64,000 bases of DNA from Vicinamibacterales bacterium (GTDB lineage Bacteria; Acidobacteriota; Vicinamibacteria; Vicinamibacterales; UBA2999), in contig DAINQP010000003.1 in the NCBI GenBank assembly GCA_036742665.1, positions 3,301 through 67,300 of the forward strand, written 5' to 3'. Made by a program: the position numbers and the translations under genes. Positions 62,085 through 64,000 of this stretch are shown one piece after another. The first letter of the stretch is position 1. Each line of letters begins with the position of its first letter. Under the pieces are notes generated by a model that worked only from the letters and a program-made list of their open reading frames with translations, was not told the DNA's origin and searched no databases.

Positions 62085-62483
62085 CGCAGGGTCAGGGGCA
62101 ACGCCGGTCGCAGCGATGAATGCCGTACCCATTGCGCGCCGTGAGCGAGGCTCACCGGAATTCGCGGCGTCTCCGAGATTAGCAGGTGGACGCGGCTGCC
62201 TGTTTCGCAGCGCATTCTCTGAAGCGTGGCCGGCGCGGGCGAGCACTGCGCTGAGCAGCATGTACAAGAACCACGCGCCGACACAGGAGATCGCCATCGC
62301 GAGGGGCGCCGACAGCAGATCGCGTCCGAGCACCGCGAGCCAGAGGCGTGTCACCCATCGCCAGAACCAAACACCCCCTCGTTCACACTCCTCCACTAAA
62401 TGCCCGACGAAGGAACGAGCGCGCTCGACCGAGCCAACCAGCGACAACAGCGTTTCGGCGACATCCGCCTTACGCAGGCGCAC
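61806..62483 (-). CDS. Possible truncated PadR-associated membrane protein; the 3' ~280 nt read antisense through the sigma-factor gene
   Basis: The first ~100 aa look genuine (ADVAETLLSLVGSVERARSFVGHLVEECERGGVWFWRWVTRLWLAVLGRDLL followed by a second TM segment). The remainder is low-complexity and overlaps 61806-62084 of the convergent sigma gene. Confidence 0.3.
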   Translation of the reverse strand: MRLRKADVAETLLSLVGSVERARSFVGHLVEECERGGVWFWRWVTRLWLAVLGRDLLSAPLAMAISCVGAWFLYMLLSAVLARAGHASENALRNRQPRPPANLGDAANSGEPRSRRAMGTAFIAATGVAPDPALTSQRAVQRVTERFSRAREPRHHSSDRDLHHLRQFSVGQTLHLTQHEQVLKPLRQRAHRASDQRCVVALKQQHFGIELWPHSVVLLFIERIG

Positions 62484-62805
62484 CTCCGGGCAGAACGAGC
62501 CCCTTCATCAGGCGCTGATACGCACGCTGCGCGCGGGCGACCGCGTGCACACCACGGGAACTGACGGTGAAATAGCGTTTGGCGCGTCCGCCCCGTTCGG
62601 GCGTCGGGTCACCATATGTCGATGCCACGAGCCCTTTCTCCTCGAGCCGATCGAGCGTCGTGTACAGCGCCCCCGGCGCCGGTTCACGGTCAGTGCACTC
62701 GGCGATCTCACGCCGTATCGTGACGCCGTAGGCGTCGTCGCCACAGCGAAGGATCGCGAGCAGGACGACCTGCTCGAACTCACCGAGAATGGGCGTGGCA
62801 GCCAT
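62470..62805 (-). CDS. PadR-family transcriptional regulator (second copy)
   Basis: The product reads FEQVVLLAILRCGDDAYGVTIRREI...GALYTTLDRLEEKGLV...RAKRYFTVSSRG. Confidence 0.9.
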   Translation of the reverse strand: MAATPILGEFEQVVLLAILRCGDDAYGVTIRREIAECTDREPAPGALYTTLDRLEEKGLVASTYGDPTPERGGRAKRYFTVSSRGVHAVARAQRAYQRLMKGLVLPGGAPA

Positions 62806-62807
62806 TT

Positions 62808-62824
62808 AAACTACATTGTAGTTT
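62808..62824. promoter_or_regulatory. Perfect 8-bp inverted repeat AAACTACA-T-TGTAGTTT, 3 nt upstream of the PadR start (candidate PadR operator)
   Basis: It is AT-rich and lies in the 48-bp spacer between the receptor stop (62854) and the PadR ATG (62805). Confidence 0.4.
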
Positions 62825-62853
62825 CATGGCCTGCCACGCTGTCAATGGAATGC

Positions 62854-64000
62854 TTAGAACGACAAGGTCGCGTTGAACCGCGCCAGCCGCGGGTTCAGAA
62901 TGGCTGTTGGATTTAGCCACGTCGTCCCGTTGTTCGAGTACAAGAACGTCTGTTCGTAAGTCGTAATGGTGTTCGAGTTGAACAGGTTGTAGAGGTCGAA
63001 CCCGACGTCGAGCCGCCGGCCGCCGAATCGCATGATCTTGGCGAGCCGGATGTCCACTTCGGTGCGTCGTTCGAGTGGATACAGCTCGCTCGGCGCCAGT
63101 AGATTGACCGTCGTGGTCTGGGCAGCCGATGCGCCAGCCGGCAGGCGACCGAGCAACGTTTGCACGACCGTATTCGGAATCTGGTAGTTGCCATTGAGCG
63201 ACGTGCCGTTGCTGGCGTTCTCGCTCGCCGTGGTTCGCGTCGATCGAATCGTCGTACTGGCGAGGACGTCGATCTTCGGGATGGAGTACGACGCCAGTCC
63301 GCGGACGGCGGTGAGCCAGGGTTCGGTCACGTCGCAGCCATCGAGGCGCTGCGCAGTCGTACCAGAAATCGAGAACTGCGGACGCGCTTCCCACAGAGCG
63401 CAGGTGTTTCGCACGCCGCGACCGGTCGACGTACCCATCTGCACCGTCAACCTGTTGGCGAAACGGGCCGTCGCGTTCATGTCCACGCCGTGCCAGTATG
63501 CGGTGCGAGTCTCACCGGCAACGGTCTCTTCCTTCGTCTGGAAGTTTCGCGAGCCGCGCGCCGATGCCGCGGGCGTAATCGCCACGAACGAGGCCGTCGC
63601 ACCGGCATTCGCCAGTTCGGGATGGTTCGGCACGGGAACCGTCCAGACGTCGTAGTCGTTCGCACCGACGAGCTCGTTGTAGGTGACGTTGAAGTTGCCC
63701 CAATGGCGACGGTTGTAGCCGGCGTCTACCGAGATGCCGGGTCGCACCTCGTGCTGAATCGACGCGCCGTAGCGCCAGTTGTACGGCCGCACGCCCCAGC
63801 CGCTCAAAAGCGCCGGATCCACTCTGGTCGTATTCGGATCGGTATTGCCGAAGTTCAGGTTTGCGCCGGTGAGCGTACCGCAGACGTCGCCGCCAGTCGT
63901 GCTGGTGTCCTGCGCGGCTGGACTCAGCAGGTTGCAATCGACGGCGAAATTGCCGTTCGAGTCGGTCCACGCACGGTTGGTGACCGTCCGGACGAAGTTT
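62854..64000 (-). CDS. TonB-dependent receptor-like outer-membrane protein (copy 3), C-terminal ~380 codons; 5' end lies beyond the right window edge
   Basis: The track shows only 62854-63822. Hand translation of 63823-63999 in the same frame stays open and reads NFVRTVTNRAWTDSNGNFAVDCNLLSPAAQDTSTTGGDVCG. This aligns with copy 1 (SRSWTDTNNNFLPDCDLRSPAAQSPATTGSVDTCG). The product ends in RFNATLSF. Confidence 0.8.
   Translation of the reverse strand, partial: NFVRTVTNRAWTDSNGNFAVDCNLLSPAAQDTSTTGGDVCGTLTGANLNFGNTDPNTTRVDPALLSGWGVRPYNWRYGASIQHEVRPGISVDAGYNRRHWGNFNVTYNELVGANDYDVWTVPVPNHPELANAGATASFVAITPAASARGSRNFQTKEETVAGETRTAYWHGVDMNATARFANRLTVQMGTSTGRGVRNTCALWEARPQFSISGTTAQRLDGCDVTEPWLTAVRGLASYSIPKIDVLASTTIRSTRTTASENASNGTSLNGNYQIPNTVVQTLLGRLPAGASAAQTTTVNLLAPSELYPLERRTEVDIRLAKIMRFGGRRLDVGFDLYNLFNSNTITTYEQTFLYSNNGTTWLNPTAILNPRLARFNATLSF

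Overview
High-GC bacterial chromosomal DNA. The gene content points to Acidobacteriota: a PadR plus duplicated-FtsX 'ADOP'-type permease pair, a TIGR03435-type gene, three TonB-dependent receptors with carboxypeptidase-regulatory domains, and many exported hydrolases. This is inference from family signatures, not a database hit. I support about 52 protein-coding genes and one multiply frameshifted pseudogene. I found no rRNA, tRNA, CRISPR array, transposase, integrase or phage gene. Two genes run off the window edges: an Lhr helicase at the left (not in the ORF track) and a third TonB-dependent receptor at the right. Many long track ORFs are antisense 'shadow' ORFs typical of high-GC DNA, and several real genes carry spurious N-terminal extensions in the track. 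I reset those starts by hand from signal peptides, homologous N-termini and GGAGG-type ribosome-binding sites, so starts are less certain than stops. Main points of interest follow. (1) Two loci (13.2-18.3 kb, and 49.2-52.4 kb divergent from a TonB-dependent receptor) reuse the same families of uncharacterised signal-peptide proteins. These are DUF6152-like 'AHHS' proteins, a 'DLxGxW...WEGDTL' family and a 'QEW' family, arranged around a dihaem cytochrome c and a degenerate metallo-beta-lactamase domain. This is my best candidate for an undescribed periplasmic system, but its function is unknown. (2) There are three families of short REP-like palindromic repeats. One is translated in frame inside lhr and forms the C-terminal tail of a B12-radical-SAM enzyme. 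Another supplies the stop codon of two unrelated genes. (3) Several domain fusions are unusual: MA-peptidase + PD40 propeller + Omp85 barrel; winged-helix regulator + alpha/beta-hydrolase next to an SBP56/methanethiol-oxidase gene; a Tat-signal molybdoenzyme + c-type haem domain; and a Tat-signal single-Cys Asp/Glu-racemase-fold protein. (4) Two diverged topoisomerase IB paralogs lie 14 kb apart. (5) Several candidate operators and promoters were seen by eye. All family names are recalled from motif knowledge and need HMM or BLAST confirmation.
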